From Patescibacteria group bacterium (lineage in GTDB: Bacteria; Patescibacteriota; Patescibacteriia; SG8-24): a stretch of 64,000 bases of DNA. Both the position numbers and the translations under genes were made by a program. The notes beneath the pieces are model-generated. The model ran no database searches. It worked only from the letters and a program-made list of their open reading frames with translations, and had not been told where the DNA came from. Location of the stretch: contig JAYEJB010000059.1 in assembly GCA_034716415.1 (NCBI GenBank), positions 68-64,067 of the forward strand, given 5' to 3'. This document shows, in pieces, positions 63,118-64,000 of the stretch; position 1 is the first letter of the stretch; every line of letters begins with the position of its first letter.

Positions 63118-64000
63118 TTACTGCTTAACCGACTTTACGACTTCGATGATGTCCTCGGCGAGAATACCGATCGACGGCCGGAAGTATTCGGTGATCGGCA
63201 CGGTCAGACCGTACAGCGATTCCTTGACGAAACGCGACAACTGATTGATGGCCGCCTCAGCGACGATGATGCGATCCGCGCCTTCGGCCGTCTTCTTGAG
63301 CTCGTCGTACGGGAACGGATTCAGCGTTATCGGACGGAACAGCCGCACCGACCCGCCATTGTCGTTCATCTCATCTACCGCGGCACGCGCGGCCGCCGCG
63401 ACCACGCCATGCGCCACGATGAGCGTCTTGGCGTCCTTCGGCCCGTAGTTCTCGAACTCGGTCACGTCTTTCGCCATCTTATCCCAGGCTTCCTTGATCT
63501 CCATATTCACGGCGAGCGTCTCTTCCTCCAGATTCAGGCAGTTCCTGATGCAGGCATACTCGACGCCGTCCACGTGACGGACCCAGATTTCCGGTGACGG
63601 AACGACATCGGTGAGCGGAACCTTACGTTCGCGTTCCAACATATACGCTTCGGTCGGCGCCATCTCCATACCGCGCTCTTCCGGAGTCCACAGCTCGACC
63701 TCACCCATCATCTTGGCCATGTAGCCGTCGCCCAGCAGGAACGTCGGGAAGCGGTGGCGCCAGGCCGTGTCGAACACCTTGATGCCGTAATCGTAAAGCT
63801 CTTGCAGGGAGGACGGCGAATAAACAATACGGAAGCCGTTGCCGTTGCCGCCGAAGCAGGTCAGGTTCACTTCTTGTTGCGAAAAGATGACGGTCGACGT
63901 AGACGGACCGCCGCGCTGCATGATGATGGCGACCGAGGGGATACGCATCGCTTCGGCCATCGAGAAGGCATCCTGCATCAAGACGTGTCCCGGCCCGGCG
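63118..64000 (-). CDS. 2-oxoacid:ferredoxin oxidoreductase, alpha subunit (C-terminal part; gene continues beyond the window edge)
   Basis: ORF open to the window end (..PGHVLMQDAFSMAEAMRIPSVAIIMQRGGPSTS..); operon order alpha-beta-gamma. Confidence 0.8.
   Translation of the reverse strand, partial: AGPGHVLMQDAFSMAEAMRIPSVAIIMQRGGPSTSTVIFSQQEVNLTCFGGNGNGFRIVYSPSSLQELYDYGIKVFDTAWRHRFPTFLLGDGYMAKMMGEVELWTPEERGMEMAPTEAYMLERERKVPLTDVVPSPEIWVRHVDGVEYACIRNCLNLEEETLAVNMEIKEAWDKMAKDVTEFENYGPKDAKTLIVAHGVVAAAARAAVDEMNDNGGSVRLFRPITLNPFPYDELKKTAEGADRIIVAEAAINQLSRFVKESLYGLTVPITEYFRPSIGILAEDIIEVVKSVKQ

Overview
This 64 kb window comes from a roughly 55-60 % GC bacterial chromosome. Its gene content points to a Candidate Phyla Radiation / Patescibacteria-type organism. 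About 60 of 63 genes sit on the minus strand. The window carries gatCA, a PduL-AckA pair, a 2-oxoacid:ferredoxin oxidoreductase (OFOR) gene set, a four-helix-bundle (IVS-type) protein, a complete type IV pilus (T4P) cluster, giant Cys-rich surface proteins, and intergenic spacers packed with hairpin-forming repeat families.

Clearly recognisable housekeeping genes are recQ, dnaG-rpoD, lgt, a UbiB-family kinase, gatC-gatA, ligA, rnhA, recJ, lepA, murJ, ackA, pduL, mgtE and the OFOR gamma/beta/alpha subunits. The alpha subunit gene is cut by the window edge. There are two tRNAs, Asn-GTT and Ser-GGA. No rRNA and no CRISPR array are present.

The T4P locus, read in transcription order, is: two translationally overlapping giant secreted Cys-rich repeat proteins, pilM-pilN-pilO, a small membrane protein, pilB, a CheY-like receiver, pilC, pilA with a palindromic 5' leader, pilD and three pseudopilins.

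The most unusual region is a ~5 kb AT-rich island (~4.44-9.48 kb, roughly 30-40 % GC against ~60 % in the flanks). It holds a tightly coupled four-gene operon: a 79-aa protein, a solitary Vsr-like endonuclease, a 180-aa protein and a 1019-aa protein. No cytosine methyltransferase is encoded anywhere in the 64 kb. The island's inner edge abuts a degenerate copy of the tRNA-Asn 3' end, 6.9 kb from the intact tRNA-Asn gene in the same orientation. That layout is the classic footprint of island(s) integrated at a tRNA. I read this operon as a candidate novel defence-type module.

Other notable items are: a sigma-70 gene with a histone-H1-like lysine-repeat N-tail encoded by nested tandem DNA repeats; a 1531-aa surface protein with duplicated beta-helix modules and an M6/InhA-like HExxH domain; a 53-bp direct repeat duplicating the 5' half of tRNA-Ser; and several intergenic repeat families (GTCATTGCGAG hairpins x4, a 95-nt hairpin x2, and others).
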